Assembly (NCBI GenBank): GCA_963742735.1
Contig: CAVUMN010000003.1
Location: forward strand, 640,001-704,000
Direction: 5' to 3'
Length of the DNA stretch: 64,000 bases
Source of the DNA: an uncultured Actinomycetes bacterium
GTDB lineage: Bacteria > Actinomycetota > UBA4738 > JBBDTT01
Shown here: piece after piece, positions 63,008 through 64,000 of the stretch
How positions within the stretch are numbered: the stretch's first letter is position 1
How the letters are laid out: each line of letters starts with the position of its first letter
Program-made: the position numbers and the translations under genes
The notes under the pieces: model-generated
Databases searched by the model: none
What the model was told of the DNA's origin: nothing
The model's input: the letters and a program-made list of their open reading frames with translations, nothing else

Positions 63008-63202
63008 TCAGATCCGGATGTCGAACAGCTGCACCGCGCCAACGTAGATGAGGTACGCGGCCACGATGTAGTTGAGGAGCTTGGGGTAGATCAGGATGAG
63101 GATCCCGGCCGCGAGGGCGACGACGCCGTCCAGCGTGAACCGGACGTCCACGTCTCCGCCCCTCTGGGCCAGGAACCCGAGTACCGCGAGAACCGCCACC
63201 AT
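63008..63202 (-). CDS. DUF3096 small membrane protein
   Basis: [24 protein letters not shown]; AAAGGAG RBS. Confidence 0.85.
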   Translation of the reverse strand: MVAVLAVLGFLAQRGGDVDVRFTLDGVVALAAGILILIYPKLLNYIVAAYLIYVGAVQLFDIRI

Positions 63203-63255
63203 GGAGTCTCCTTTCGACGTCCCCCTTGTTCCCGGCAAGGCGAGCAGGTAACCGC

Positions 63256-63690
63256 GTGCGCGTCCTGCTGCAGCGCGTGAGCCGCGCCGCCGTGCGCGTC
63301 GACGGGCGCACGGCCGGGGAGATCGGCCCGGGCCTGGTCGCCCTGGTCGGATGCGGCCGCGACGACCCCGAGGACGATCCCGAGCGGCTCGCGACGAAGG
63401 TGTGGAACCTCCGGGTGTTCGAGGACGCCGACGGGAAGATGAACCTGGCCGGCGCCGACGTGGGGGCGGAGGTGCTCGTCATCTCGCAGTTCACCCTGTA
63501 CGGCGGCACGACCAAGGGCCGGCGTCCGTCGTGGATCGAGGCGGCCCAGCCCGAGGAGGCCGAGCCGCGCGTCGAGCGGTTCGCGGCCGAGCTCGAGCGG
63601 CTGGGCGCGCGGGTGGCCCGCGGCGTGTTCCGGGCCCACATGGAGGTCGAGCTGATCAACGACGGACCGGTCACGCTGATGCTCGACTAG
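63256..63690 (+). CDS. dtd: D-aminoacyl-tRNA deacylase
   Basis: QRVSRA, SQFTL, NDGPVT. Confidence 0.97.
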   Translation: MRVLLQRVSRAAVRVDGRTAGEIGPGLVALVGCGRDDPEDDPERLATKVWNLRVFEDADGKMNLAGADVGAEVLVISQFTLYGGTTKGRRPSWIEAAQPEEAEPRVERFAAELERLGARVARGVFRAHMEVELINDGPVTLMLD

Positions 63691-63702
63691 CATTCGCCCT
63701 CG

Positions 63703-64000
63703 ATGTTCCTGGACCGCCTGGACGACAACCCCTTCGGGACCAACTGCTGGTTCGTGGCCGCGGACGGCTCGGACGAGGCCGTCGTCGTCGACCCGGGTTT
63801 CTACGCCGACCGCGTGACGGCGATGCTCGAGGCCGCCGGCAAGCGCCTGGTCGCCGTCCTGGCCACGCACGGGCACGGCGACCACATCGGCCAGGCCGCC
63901 GCCGTGGCCGGGCTGGACGTCCCCGTCTTCATCCACGGGGACGACGCGCTGGCCTTCGAGGACGCCGTCGCCTGGGGCTCCGGGTTCCCCATGCAGCCCG
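63703..64000 (+). CDS. MBL-fold metallo-hydrolase (3' truncated)
   Basis: TNCW, VDPG, THGHGDHIG. Confidence 0.9.
   Translation, partial: MFLDRLDDNPFGTNCWFVAADGSDEAVVVDPGFYADRVTAMLEAAGKRLVAVLATHGHGDHIGQAAAVAGLDVPVFIHGDDALAFEDAVAWGSGFPMQP

Overview
High-GC bacterial chromosome segment, most likely from an uncultured Actinomycetota. The inference rests on actinobacterial SOS boxes, a PafBC-type promoter, PIM genes, NrdJ/NrdR and the conserved recA-lexA-nrdR-thrS-ruvCAB-secDF-relA gene order. The core backbone is rodZ-like, pgsA, cinA, thpR, recA, recX, rny, miaB, miaA, dapF, dapL-like, hflX, lexA, a LysM protein, mgtC, nrdR, nrdJ, dut, four tRNAs, thrS, HIT, EF-G2, PIM genes, lemA, htpX, pdxST, yebC, ruvCAB, yajC, secDF, apt, relA and dtd. 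Two accessory blocks lie between the tRNA genes. The larger one (25.1-40.6 kb) encodes a class F sortase with two paralogous putative substrates sharing a PxGGVx(T/A)G sorting signal, a structured leader upstream of the first substrate, a TolB-like propeller and a Tad/Flp pilus locus. Other highlights are dual LexA and PafBC-type promoter motifs at recA, an 11-bp-phased DnaA-box-like array with tandem NrdR boxes at nrdJ, a long structured RNA upstream of rny, a secreted lysyl-oxidase-like protein, a degenerate PI-synthase homologue and a ParG-like RHH candidate. Positions of about 7.9-15.1 kb carry many single-base indels that look like sequencing errors, so gene boundaries there are approximate. 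No CRISPR array, integrase or transposase was seen.
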